A DNA stretch of 64,000 nt from Desulfomicrobium sp. (GTDB lineage: Bacteria; Desulfobacterota; Desulfovibrionia; Desulfovibrionales; Desulfomicrobiaceae). Below, one piece after another: positions 20,626 to 29,543 of the stretch. The notes beneath the pieces are model-generated. The model did not search any database, had not been told where the DNA came from, and saw only the letters and a program-made list of their open reading frames with translations. The stretch spans positions 1,472,001 to 1,536,000 of the forward strand of contig JAXGMI010000001.1 of the NCBI GenBank assembly GCA_040768745.1, given 5' to 3'. The position numbers and the translations under genes were made by a program. The stretch's first letter is position 1; every line of letters starts with the position of its first letter.

Positions 20626-20641
20626 TGGCACCCGGCATGCA
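20626..20641 (+). promoter_or_regulatory. sigma54 promoter of flagellin
   Basis: TGGCACCCGGCATGCA, preceded by an AT-rich tract (20580-20625). Confidence 0.75.
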
Positions 20642-20677
20642 AGGAAAGGCTGCAACAGCACAAGGAGGTAACATCCC

Positions 20678-21595
20678 ATGTCTTTGGTCATAAATCACAA
20701 TCTGATGGCGATGAATGCGGCCAGGAATCTGTCCCTGTCCTATGGCAACCTGGAAACGTCTACACGACGTCTGTCTTCCGGGCTCCGCGTCGGCACTGCG
20801 GCTGATGATGCAGCGGGTCTGGCTATCCGTGAGTTGATGCGTGCGGATATCGCCTCCCTGAACCAGGGGATGCGCAACGCCAACGACGCGATCTCCATGA
20901 TCCAGACTGCGGACGGCGCCCTGCAGGTTATCGACGAGAAGTTGATCCGCATGAAGGAATTGGCCACCCAGGCGGCGACAGGAACCTACACGTCGGACCA
21001 GCGCCTGATCATCGACTCCGAATACCAGGCCATGGCCTCGGAAATCACCCGTATCGCCAATGCCACGGATTTCAATGGCATCTACCTGCTGAACGGGAAC
21101 CTTTCCTCGCAGTACACCAATGCTGCCGATTGGGGCCTTGACCACGACGGCTCAGGCCTGGAACCCACGGGCTCCCTCAAGATCCATTTTGGCACAGGCA
21201 ACGACAGCGCTGAGGACTATTACTACATTGCCATCGGCGATGCCACGGCCTCGGCCCTGGGTGTGGGCAGCAACAACGGAGGAGGGGCCGGTCACGATAT
21301 CTCCACCCAGCAAAATGCCCAGGAAGCCCTGGCAGCCCTGAACCAGGCCATCACTTCCAAGGACAACATCCGCGCCAGTCTTGGTGCCTTGCAGAACCGG
21401 CTGGAGAACACCATCACCAACCTGACCATCCAGGCGGAAAATCTGCAGGCCGCCGAGTCGCGCATTTCAGACGTGGATGTGGCCCAAGAAATGACCAATT
21501 TTGTCCGCAATCAGATTCTGACCCAAAGCGCGGTGGCCATGCTGGCCCAGGCCAACCAGTTGCCGCAGATGGCACTGCAGCTCATGCAGGGATAG
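20678..21595 (+). CDS. fliC: Flagellin
   Basis: RLSSGLRV..AADDAAGLAI, ISMIQTADGAL, RASLGALQNRLE, ESRISDVDVA; 305 aa. Confidence 0.97.
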   Translation: MSLVINHNLMAMNAARNLSLSYGNLETSTRRLSSGLRVGTAADDAAGLAIRELMRADIASLNQGMRNANDAISMIQTADGALQVIDEKLIRMKELATQAATGTYTSDQRLIIDSEYQAMASEITRIANATDFNGIYLLNGNLSSQYTNAADWGLDHDGSGLEPTGSLKIHFGTGNDSAEDYYYIAIGDATASALGVGSNNGGGAGHDISTQQNAQEALAALNQAITSKDNIRASLGALQNRLENTITNLTIQAENLQAAESRISDVDVAQEMTNFVRNQILTQSAVAMLAQANQLPQMALQLMQG

Positions 21596-21626
21596 CGGCG
21601 GACATTTCTGATCTGTGAAAGGCTGG

Positions 21627-21659
21627 AACAGCCGGGATGGAATCATCTCGGCTGTTTTT
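21627..21659 (+). terminator. Intrinsic terminator of flagellin
   Basis: AACAGCCGGGATG-GAAT-CATCTCGGCTGTTTTT. Confidence 0.85.
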
Positions 21660-21688
21660 CATTTGAAGTAGGCAGGAAAATTTCAGGG

Positions 21689-22423
21689 TCAGACCTCCTG
21701 AGCGTCAGGCAAGAGGGACGGAAACCTTGTCTTGAGGTCCTTCAGGGCTCGTGCAGCCGCTCCCTGTTCGGCCTTGCGCATGCTGCTCTCCATCCATTCC
21801 ACCTGTGTGCCGTCGGGCAACGTGAGCGCCACAGTGTATTGTTTGGCATGTTCAGGGCCTTGGCTGTCGCGCAGGGCATAGGTAGGACGGGCCTTCCAGA
21901 TCATCTGGGTGAGTTCCTGCAGCTGGCTTTTGAAGTCCCGCGGGCGGAAGGTTGACGGCGGGGTTGGCCATTGCCCTTGAAACAGCGTATCGACACATGT
22001 GAAAACGGCCTTTATCCCTCCATCCAGATACACCGCGCCCAACAGGGCTTCCAGAGCATCGCTGAGGACGGAATTTTTCTCCCTTCCCCCTTGGCTCTCT
22101 TCGCCCCGGCCCAGCAGGAGGATGGGGCCCAGGCCAATGCGCCTGGCGGCTGCAGCCAAGGCTGCTTCACTGACCAGGGAGGAGCGCATTTTGGTCAGAT
22201 GCCCTTCCTGTGCTTCCGGATAGTGGAGGAAGAGCGCGTGGGAAACTGCCAGCTCCAATACCGCATCCCCAAGAAACTCCAGCCGTTCGTTGTGCACGCC
22301 GCCCTGTTCATTGGCGTAGGATGTATGCGTGATCGCCTGGATGAAAAGCTTGACTTGCTTGAATTCATAATGGATTTCAGACTGCAGCGCCTGCAGTGCA
22401 TCCATTGGAATTTCCTGAGACAT
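21689..22423 (-). CDS. rnc: Ribonuclease III
   Basis: NERLEFLGDAVL, DALEALLGAVYLD, dsRBD DFKSQLQE; alternative start at 22438. Confidence 0.96.
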   Translation of the reverse strand: MSQEIPMDALQALQSEIHYEFKQVKLFIQAITHTSYANEQGGVHNERLEFLGDAVLELAVSHALFLHYPEAQEGHLTKMRSSLVSEAALAAAARRIGLGPILLLGRGEESQGGREKNSVLSDALEALLGAVYLDGGIKAVFTCVDTLFQGQWPTPPSTFRPRDFKSQLQELTQMIWKARPTYALRDSQGPEHAKQYTVALTLPDGTQVEWMESSMRKAEQGAAARALKDLKTRFPSLLPDAQEV

Positions 22424-22436
22424 TAAGGATATCTCC

Positions 22437-24545
22437 ATGAGAGACGTTTATCTTCACGCCCTTTTTTCCCCCAAAGCCATCGCCGTTCTTGGGTCCTTCG
22501 ACGGAGGGAGCGTCTCGGCCAGCGTGATCCAGTCGAATCTTGAACGATGGGGGTACCAGGGGAGGATTGTGCCCGTCAATTGGACCACTTCAACTGCAGA
22601 TGCGCGTCGGAAGGAGGTCACAGGCGTGGATCTGGCCGTGGTCTGCCTGTCTCCGGAATTGGTTTGCGCGGCACTGGAGGAAATTGCCGATCGGGGGGTG
22701 AAGGCGGTCATTGTCACCTCCCCGGGATTCCGGGAGGTTGGGGGAGCCGGCTACTACCTTGAGGAAGCGATCATCCGCCTGGCGGAGAGCAGAAATTTGA
22801 CCCTGCTTGGTCCCAACTGTCTTGGCGTGGCTTCCTGGAACGATCGCATGAACGCCTCTCTCGTTCCCCGGCTTCCGGCCAAGGGCAAGATCGCCTTTTT
22901 TTCGCCTTCCGGTTCCATGTGTAACGCCATTCTGGACTGGGCAGCCAGCGAGGAGATCGGGTTTTCCAAGTTTGCCAGCCTGGGCAACCGGGCCGTCATC
23001 GACGAGGCATCCATGCTCCAGTTTCTGGCCCAGGATCCAGAAACTTCTGTCATCATCGGTTATCTGGAAGGAATGAACAGCGGACGCCGGTTCGCCCGCA
23101 TCAGCCAGACCATCACGCGTGAAAAGCCGGTCATCATGCTGCAGGCCGGAATGACCGAGCACGGTCGGAAGGCCATCTCCACCCATGTCGGGGCCTTGAC
23201 CGGCTCGGAGCGGGCTTATCAGACGGCACTCAGGCAAGCCGGCATCATCCAGGTGGACAATCTTTCCTCCCTCTTCGATTTGGCCCGCATGTTCGGCAGC
23301 CAAACCCTGCCCATGGGCCCCAACCTGGCCATCCTCACCAATTCTGGAGGTGCGGGCATATTGGCTGCGGATGGGTTGGCCGGCACCAGCTTGAACCTGC
23401 CGCGGCTTTCTTCCGGAACGTTGTCCAGATTGTCCGCGTTTCTGCCGAGACATGCCCAGATTTCCAACCCCGTGGACATCGGCATGGATGCAGCGCCGGC
23501 TCACTATGTCCAGGCCGTGGAGGAGGTCCTGCGGGATCGTCATATCCATATGGCCCTGCTGGTCATCGCCCCGGGCTTTGGGGTTGATTTGCCCTCCATC
23601 GTCCGTGAGCTTGCGGACATGCACCATGCAGAAGGCCGCACAGTGGCAGTCTGCCTCATTGGCCAGGACGGGGTGGCGGAGGAAAGGTGTTTTCTGCAGA
23701 GTCAGGGTTTGCCCTGCTATTCCAATCCCAAGGCTGCCCTGGCGAGTCTTGAAGCCATGTTCAGGTATGCGCAGTGGAAGGCAACCCCTTATCCGGTGGA
23801 GGTTTGCTATCGACGGGACAAGGCCAAGGGCGAGCGGTTTGTCAAGGATTGCCTGGAAGCCGGGAAAACCGAGCTGTTTGGCTTCGAGATTCAACCGCTG
23901 CTGCAGGCCTACGAACTGCATTTTCCGCATACTGAGCTGGCTCGCACGAGCAAAAGCGCGGCCAAGATCGCCAAGCGGATGTCCTGTCCCGTGGTGCTGA
24001 AGATTTCCTCTCCCCATATCGAATACAAAAGTGACGTGGGAGGGGTGGAACCCAATCTGCAATCGCCGGAGGACGTGCGCCGGGCTTTTGTAAGCCTGAC
24101 GTCCAGGGTTCAGTGCCTGAGACAGGATGCCTTTTTGTCCGGCTGCCTGGTGCAGGAAATGATCCTCGGCAAGCCCGTGGAGATCTGCATCCGCGTGCAG
24201 CGCGATCCCAGATTCGGACCGCTGATACGCTTCGGTCTGTCCGGGAGCCAAACCGAGATTTTCCAGGACTATTCCCTGCGGCTGGCTCCTCTTTCCCTGG
24301 ACGATGCAGCAACGATGATGCGGGAACTCAAGTTTTTCTCTCTGGTGAAACGTGAGCGGAGCCGTGATTCTCTGGACTTGCGTGCGCTTGAGGATGTATT
24401 GCTGACCATATCGCAGATGACCCTGGATTTGCCCGAGATCTACACTTTCGAATGCGACCCCGTCCTGGTCACATCCCGTGGAGTGTGGATCGCTGGGGCC
24501 CGGATGTCACTTTTATCGCAACTTGAGGACCAGCCTGGGTTTTGA
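22437..24545 (+). CDS. NDP-forming acyl-CoA synthetase / acetate-CoA ligase family protein (CoA-binding + ATP-grasp)
   Basis: LFSPKAIAVLG, LLGPNCLG, SLGNRA, STHVGALTGS, TNSGGAG, PVVLKISS..KSDVGGV. Confidence 0.88.
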   Translation: MRDVYLHALFSPKAIAVLGSFDGGSVSASVIQSNLERWGYQGRIVPVNWTTSTADARRKEVTGVDLAVVCLSPELVCAALEEIADRGVKAVIVTSPGFREVGGAGYYLEEAIIRLAESRNLTLLGPNCLGVASWNDRMNASLVPRLPAKGKIAFFSPSGSMCNAILDWAASEEIGFSKFASLGNRAVIDEASMLQFLAQDPETSVIIGYLEGMNSGRRFARISQTITREKPVIMLQAGMTEHGRKAISTHVGALTGSERAYQTALRQAGIIQVDNLSSLFDLARMFGSQTLPMGPNLAILTNSGGAGILAADGLAGTSLNLPRLSSGTLSRLSAFLPRHAQISNPVDIGMDAAPAHYVQAVEEVLRDRHIHMALLVIAPGFGVDLPSIVRELADMHHAEGRTVAVCLIGQDGVAEERCFLQSQGLPCYSNPKAALASLEAMFRYAQWKATPYPVEVCYRRDKAKGERFVKDCLEAGKTELFGFEIQPLLQAYELHFPHTELARTSKSAAKIAKRMSCPVVLKISSPHIEYKSDVGGVEPNLQSPEDVRRAFVSLTSRVQCLRQDAFLSGCLVQEMILGKPVEICIRVQRDPRFGPLIRFGLSGSQTEIFQDYSLRLAPLSLDDAATMMRELKFFSLVKRERSRDSLDLRALEDVLLTISQMTLDLPEIYTFECDPVLVTSRGVWIAGARMSLLSQLEDQPGF

Positions 24546-24591
24546 TGTCTCGAATTTTGCCAGTGTATCGCTGTCCTGAGCAGGAGGAAAT

Positions 24592-25653
24592 ATGGTAGGG
24601 ATCTATGTGGGGGCCACGTCCGGCTATTCAGGGAAGAACATGATCGCCATGGGTATCGGACTCAAGCTGCAGAAGGAGGGCTACCGGGTCGGGTACATGA
24701 AGCCTGTCGGTGCCCTTCCGCAGGAACGGAACGGGGTACTCGGCGATGCGGACGCATTTTTTGTTCAGGATATTCTGGGCTTGAAGGACGACCCGGGGTT
24801 GGTCACCCCTGTTGTAGTCGATCACGACTTCAAGATGCGGGCCTTCACCGGGAAGTGTGAGAACCTGTTGCCGAAAATCAAGGCTGCATACGAGGCCTTG
24901 GGCAAGGACAAGGATGTCATGATCGTGGCCGGATCCGGCAGCATGTACTCAGGCAAGTACTGTGGGGTTGACGGGATCAGCGTGATCAAGTCCCTGGGCA
25001 TCAAGGCGATCATAATCGACCGCTATGTCAAGGAGCTCAATTACGACTACCTCATGGCCATGAAAGAACTCCTGGGCGATCAACTCCTCGGCGTGTTGCT
25101 GAACGACATCCCGCCGGCCTTCAAGGACGAGCTGGATACGCTGCTGCATCCCTTTCTGGAGAGCAAGGGCATCAAGGTGCTGGGGAAGATTCCGAGTGAT
25201 CCGCTCATGGGGGCCATCAAGGTGGCCGATTTGGCCGACCGCCTGGGGGGAAAGGTCATCACGGCCCAGGACAAGTCCGAGCGGGTGGTGGAGAATTTTC
25301 TGATCGGGACCATGCAGGTCGAGAACTTCATGACCCATTTCCGCAAGAGCCGTAAATCCGCCATCATTGTCGGCGGCGACCGTTCCGACGTGCAGCTGGT
25401 GGCCCTGGAGGGACAGTGCCAGTGTCTCGTGCTGACCGGGAATCTCTACCCCAACGACATCATCATGACCCGGGCAGAGGTGCTGGAGGTTCCCATCGTG
25501 GTGGTCCGCGATGATACCTTCACCGTGGCCAAGAAGATGGAGTCCATCCTGTCCCGACACAAGCTCCGGGACGTGATCAAGATCCAGCACGGATCGCAAC
25601 TCGTCAGTTCCATCATCGACTTCCCGCATCTGAAGGAAGCGCTGGGGCTGTGA
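24592..25653 (+). CDS. Phosphotransacetylase-family BioD-like N-terminal + DRTGG domain protein
   Basis: YSGK P-loop-like motif, VGYMKPVG, IVGGDRSDVQL, LVLTG. Confidence 0.88.
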   Translation: MVGIYVGATSGYSGKNMIAMGIGLKLQKEGYRVGYMKPVGALPQERNGVLGDADAFFVQDILGLKDDPGLVTPVVVDHDFKMRAFTGKCENLLPKIKAAYEALGKDKDVMIVAGSGSMYSGKYCGVDGISVIKSLGIKAIIIDRYVKELNYDYLMAMKELLGDQLLGVLLNDIPPAFKDELDTLLHPFLESKGIKVLGKIPSDPLMGAIKVADLADRLGGKVITAQDKSERVVENFLIGTMQVENFMTHFRKSRKSAIIVGGDRSDVQLVALEGQCQCLVLTGNLYPNDIIMTRAEVLEVPIVVVRDDTFTVAKKMESILSRHKLRDVIKIQHGSQLVSSIIDFPHLKEALGL

Positions 25654-25682
25654 TTCCGGGCGGGCGGAGCGCCTCGGTCCTG

Positions 25683-25709
25683 GGCCTCGGATTTTCCGAG
25701 GCCTTTTTT
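25683..25709 (+). terminator. Intrinsic terminator after the DRTGG gene
   Basis: GGCCTCGG-ATTTT-CCGAGGCC followed by TTTTTT. Confidence 0.75.
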
Positions 25710-27337
25710 CATATTTCGCGGATGGCCTGGGTCAGCTTTTTCTGATCGTCCTTGAACAGCTTGTAGTTGATGGAATCTTCCAGGGCCTGCCGGCTGGCCT
25801 CAATGATGTTGTAGGACACGCCAACAGTGGTCCAGCGGCTTTTCTGGTCCCCTGATTCGATGAGCACGCGGACCTCCGATGCAGTGCCGCTGTTTCCGTC
25901 ATCGCGGACCACTCCGGCCAGGACCCGCACCTTGAAATCCATGAGACGCATCTCCTTCAGATTCGGGTAAAATCGTTCCAAGCCTTTGCGCAGGGCGCAA
26001 TCCATGGCGTTGACCGGACCCTTGCCTGTGGCAGCGGTGTGCTCGATGACCCCGCCCACACGCAGCATGACGGTGGCTTCGGTGAATGGGGCAACCCCTT
26101 CGGTGAAGACGGAATCCAGGATGCGAAAGCTGATCAGCCGGAAATAGGTCCTGGCCCGGCCGAGCACGCGATTGACCAGGAGTTCGTATGAGGCCTCGGC
26201 TGCGGAGTATTCGTATCCCTGGTCCTCCCTGTTTTTGAGTTCCGTCAGGAGTTCGAGAACAAAGGGGTCGCCCTTATCCAGTTCAAATCCGTACTGCTTG
26301 GCCTTGAACAGAATGTTGGACTGGCCGGCCAGGTCCGACAGGACGATGCGTCGCTTATTGCCGACCAGTTCAGGTTCGATGTGTTCGTAGGTGCGCGGGT
26401 TGCGGCGCACGGCAGCCACATGCACCCCGCCTTTGTGGGTGAAGGCGGACTGTCCCGTGTAGGGTTGGCGTTTGAAAGAGCGCAGGTTGGCCACCTCGGA
26501 CACAAAGGCCGAGGTGCCGGTCAGGCGTTCCAGGTTGCCTGGGGGCAGACACGGGAGCCCCATTTTCAGTTCCAGGTTGGGAATGATGGAGGAGAGGTTG
26601 GCGTTGCCGCAGCGTTCGCCGTATCCGTTGATGGTTCCCTGGACTTGGACCGCACCGTGGCGCACGGCGGCAAGGGAATTGGCCACGGCCAGTTCGCAGT
26701 CGTTGTGCACGTGTATGCCGAAGCGGGCCTCGGGCAGATCGGCGGAAACGGCATCCATGATGGCGGCGATTTCTTCGGGAAGGCTGCCGCCATTGGTATC
26801 GCACAGGACCAAGAGATCAGCGCCCGCGGACCAGGCCGTGCGCAGGCAGGTCTTGGCGTACTCGGCGTTGGTCTTGAAACCGTCGAAAAAATGTTCGGCG
26901 TCGTAAAAAAGTTCCTGACAGTGTGGACGCAGAAAGGCCAGGGAATCGCGGATCAATTCCAGGTTGCGTTCAAGAGTGATCTTCAAGGCATCGTTGACGT
27001 GGATGTCCCACGTCTTGCCGAAGATGGTCAGCACAGGGGCGCCGGATTCGAGCAGGGCTTGCAGGTTCGGATCCACGTCAGCCGTATTTTTTGCTGCATG
27101 GGTGGAACCGAAGGCTGCGAGTCTGGCCGTTTGAAGCTCATACTGCCGCATTTCGTTGAAAAAACGCTTGTCCTTGGGGTTGGATCCCGGCCAGCCTCCT
27201 TCAATGTAGGCCACACCCAGATGGTCGAGCCTGGTGGCGATGCGCATTTTGTCCTCGGTGGAGAGGCTCAATTCCTCGGACTGGGTGCCGTCTCGCAACG
27301 TGGTGTCATAGATCTGGATGCTCTGCATGGTGCTCAT
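25709..27337 (-). CDS. cimA: (R)-citramalate synthase (Geobacter-type, DRE-TIM family)
   Basis: YDTTLRDGTQ, IEGGWPGSNPKD, YDAEHFFDG, HVHND, GERCGNA, HKGGVH, C-terminal regulatory domain; Ile-rich leader upstream. Confidence 0.9.
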   Translation of the reverse strand: MSTMQSIQIYDTTLRDGTQSEELSLSTEDKMRIATRLDHLGVAYIEGGWPGSNPKDKRFFNEMRQYELQTARLAAFGSTHAAKNTADVDPNLQALLESGAPVLTIFGKTWDIHVNDALKITLERNLELIRDSLAFLRPHCQELFYDAEHFFDGFKTNAEYAKTCLRTAWSAGADLLVLCDTNGGSLPEEIAAIMDAVSADLPEARFGIHVHNDCELAVANSLAAVRHGAVQVQGTINGYGERCGNANLSSIIPNLELKMGLPCLPPGNLERLTGTSAFVSEVANLRSFKRQPYTGQSAFTHKGGVHVAAVRRNPRTYEHIEPELVGNKRRIVLSDLAGQSNILFKAKQYGFELDKGDPFVLELLTELKNREDQGYEYSAAEASYELLVNRVLGRARTYFRLISFRILDSVFTEGVAPFTEATVMLRVGGVIEHTAATGKGPVNAMDCALRKGLERFYPNLKEMRLMDFKVRVLAGVVRDDGNSGTASEVRVLIESGDQKSRWTTVGVSYNIIEASRQALEDSINYKLFKDDQKKLTQAIREI

Positions 27338-27380
27338 TCCCGTTTGTAAAGTGTGCTTGGGTGGTTACAGGCTGACGGGT

Positions 27381-27420
27381 AAAGAAAAAAAGCCCCCGAC
27401 CTGGCGGTCGGGGGCTTTCC
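27381..27420 (-). terminator. Attenuator terminator upstream of cimA
   Basis: Minus strand AAAGCCCCCGACC-GCCA-GGTCGGGGGCTTTTTTT. Confidence 0.9.
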
Positions 27421-27445
27421 AAACGTGGACACGTTTACAGGAACG

Positions 27446-27511
27446 TCATGCCCCCAACCGCAACGCGGGCGTCATGATAATAATGGAAATGGTGGATGCG
27501 GCAGTGTTCAT
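27446..27511 (-). CDS. cimA leader peptide MNTAASTISIIIMTPALRLGA (Ile/Thr-rich)
   Basis: 21 codons with 4 Ile and 3 Thr; its 3' part CGGTTGGGGGC can pair with the terminator 5' arm GCCCCCGACCG. Confidence 0.85.
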   Translation of the reverse strand: MNTAASTISIIIMTPALRLGA

Positions 27512-27586
27512 TTGCGGTGTGTTCCTTGATGTGGTGATGAACAAAGGGGAATGCCTTGTCAAGCCTGATCTTGCGGTGCTGCTCCC

Positions 27587-27853
27587 CTACTGAGCGATCT
27601 TGATCTCCATGGCATCGATGAATTCGACGCCGTTCACCTCAACCTGGTCCCCCAGGACGATGGCTCTGCGGCCGCCAAGGCCGGAGGCGTCGATGCCCCG
27701 CACCATGTAGCTGGATGCATCAGTGACCAGGATCATCCCCACGCTGGTTTGTTCCAGAATGCCGTGGACCTCCACAGTATCTCCAGCCCAGGCGAAACCG
27801 TGGACAGTGAGCAAGGGGAGTGTGAGGAACATTTCCTTCAGACGACGTTTCAT
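27587..27853 (-). CDS. Small exported hypothetical protein (beta-rich, possibly OB-fold-like)
   Basis: Signal-peptide-like MKRRLKEMFLTLPLLTVHGFAWA, then GDTVEVHGILEQ...; 88 aa. Confidence 0.65.
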   Translation of the reverse strand: MKRRLKEMFLTLPLLTVHGFAWAGDTVEVHGILEQTSVGMILVTDASSYMVRGIDASGLGGRRAIVLGDQVEVNGVEFIDAMEIKIAQ

Positions 27854-27972
27854 CGGGCAGGACCTTCCGTGAAGCAGTGAGCAGGATTCGTGACGAAGAG
27901 CACACGATACGTTCAAGAAATCAAGAAGGAGCGGTGGATCGTTTTGTCCAGGCATCGCGTTCAGCACCCAAT

Positions 27973-27989
27973 AGCACTATACATGCCAA
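27973..27989 (-). promoter_or_regulatory. sigma54 promoter of the small exported protein
   Basis: Minus strand TTGGCATGTATAGTGCT (GG-N10-GC), preceded by an AT-rich tract. Confidence 0.7.
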
Positions 27990-28040
27990 TTTTTAACTAT
28001 CTGAGATCATATTTTATTTTTTCCATGTCGGCTTGCTTGC

Positions 28041-28150
28041 AGAAACCGGAGTTCTGATTTTGAAATTTCTCCATTGGTGAGCCATGTCCAGGGAAGGGAG
28101 GGCGTGCGGAATTGGAAGTTCTTGTTTGTAAAAGGAGAATCATGAGTTCC
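28041..28150. promoter_or_regulatory. Three RGAA-N6-GTTCY palindromes (candidate enhancer/UAS)
   Basis: AGAAACCGGAGTTCT 28041-55; GGAATTGGAAGTTCT 28108-22; AGAATCATGAGTTCC 28136-50. Confidence 0.55.
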
Positions 28151-29543
28151 GTTGATTGCGCAGTCTGAAGGATTTCTTGTCCAGATGATGCCTGGTCATG
28201 AGTTTGTGCAGCTGCCGGGTTGTGATGCCGGCCATGTCTGCGCTTTTTTTGATGCTGCCGCCGCAGGACTGCAGCAGGGTCCAGAGGTAGCGGCGTTCGA
28301 ACTCCTCGATGGCCGCGGTCCGGGCTGCGTGCAAGGGCAGTAAGCTGTCGGAGCGGGGGGAGTCCATGGACGGGGTATCCGGGCGGAAGGCCAATAGCTC
28401 CAGTGGCAGGCTCTCGGCCTGGATCTGGTCTGTTTCCTCCAGGATGCAGGCCCGCTCCACAATGTTCTCCAGTTCCCGTACGTTGCCCGGCCAGGCGTAG
28501 TGTTCCAGAGCAGCCGCAGCCCGGGGGTGAATGGCGGCGATGTTCTTGCCGGCCTCCTGACAGAAATTTCCGATGAACTCATTGGCCAGAGGCAGGATGT
28601 CCTCGGTCCTTTGCCGCAGGGGCGGCACTTCAATGGGGAAGACGTTCAAGCGGTAAAAGAGATCCCAGCGGAATTTACCTTGTTCGCACAGTGCGGCCGG
28701 GTCTTCGTTGGTGGCGGCAATAATGCGCACATCGCAAGGGATGAGGCGTTCCCCGCCGACCCGTTCGAAGGCCTTTTCCTGCAATATGTGCAGCAGCTTG
28801 ATCTGGGCGGCAGGGGTGATGGTTCCGATTTCATCGAGAAAGATGGTGCCCCCGTCGGCCAGTTCGAATTTTCCCTTGCGGGATTTGGATGCGCCGGTGA
28901 AGGCCCCTTTTTCATGCCCGAAGAGCTCGCTTTCGATCAGTGATTCGGGCAGGGCCCCGCAATGGACCCTGACAAACTGCCGGTTCCCCCGCGCGCTGTG
29001 CTGGTGGATGAGCTTGGCCAGATAGCTCTTGCCGGTACCGGTTTCTCCGGTCAACAGGACCGTGGTCCTTGTGGGCGCCACCATCTGTACCTTGCGGTAG
29101 ACGTCGCGCATCACTGCCGAGCGCGTCAATCTGCCCACGTCGATGCCTGGCGAGGAGGATGCCGGCGAAAGGGTATCTTCGTTCAACTCCAAGGCCACCC
29201 TGCTCAGGGACAGATGAATGTTGCGGGATTCGAAAGGGGGAAGCAGGGGCTCGGCATGATACTGACGCAACAGGCTCGATTCGGGCAGCACGGAACCGTC
29301 ATGGACCATGAACAGGATCCGGCAGGAAGGGGTCCGTCCGGCAACGTTTTCCAGGTATTCGCGCACGCTGTCGGCGTCATGCAGGTCGGTCAGGTCAAGG
29401 AGCAGGATTTCCTGCCGCTGGTGTATGGCAGGCAGGGCATCGTTCATGGTCCTCACGCTGGTGTCGAATTCGTCTCCGGCCGCGCTCAAAAGAAGGTCCC
29501 GCATGTCCCGGTGACTGGTGTAGATGGTCAAATGACGGGGCAT
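28140..29543 (-). CDS. sigma54-dependent transcriptional activator (atypical receiver-like N-terminus, AAA+, HTH)
   Basis: GETGTGKS, ESELFGHEKGAFTGA, FLDEIG, WPGNVRELEN, C-terminal Fis-type HTH. Confidence 0.93.
   Translation of the reverse strand: MPRHLTIYTSHRDMRDLLLSAAGDEFDTSVRTMNDALPAIHQRQEILLLDLTDLHDADSVREYLENVAGRTPSCRILFMVHDGSVLPESSLLRQYHAEPLLPPFESRNIHLSLSRVALELNEDTLSPASSSPGIDVGRLTRSAVMRDVYRKVQMVAPTRTTVLLTGETGTGKSYLAKLIHQHSARGNRQFVRVHCGALPESLIESELFGHEKGAFTGASKSRKGKFELADGGTIFLDEIGTITPAAQIKLLHILQEKAFERVGGERLIPCDVRIIAATNEDPAALCEQGKFRWDLFYRLNVFPIEVPPLRQRTEDILPLANEFIGNFCQEAGKNIAAIHPRAAAALEHYAWPGNVRELENIVERACILEETDQIQAESLPLELLAFRPDTPSMDSPRSDSLLPLHAARTAAIEEFERRYLWTLLQSCGGSIKKSADMAGITTRQLHKLMTRHHLDKKSFRLRNQRNS

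Noticed and set aside
25709..27337. Annotation as 2-isopropylmalate synthase (leuA)
   Set aside because: The EGGWPGSNPKD and DAEHFFDG motifs and an Ile-rich rather than Leu-rich leader favour CimA.
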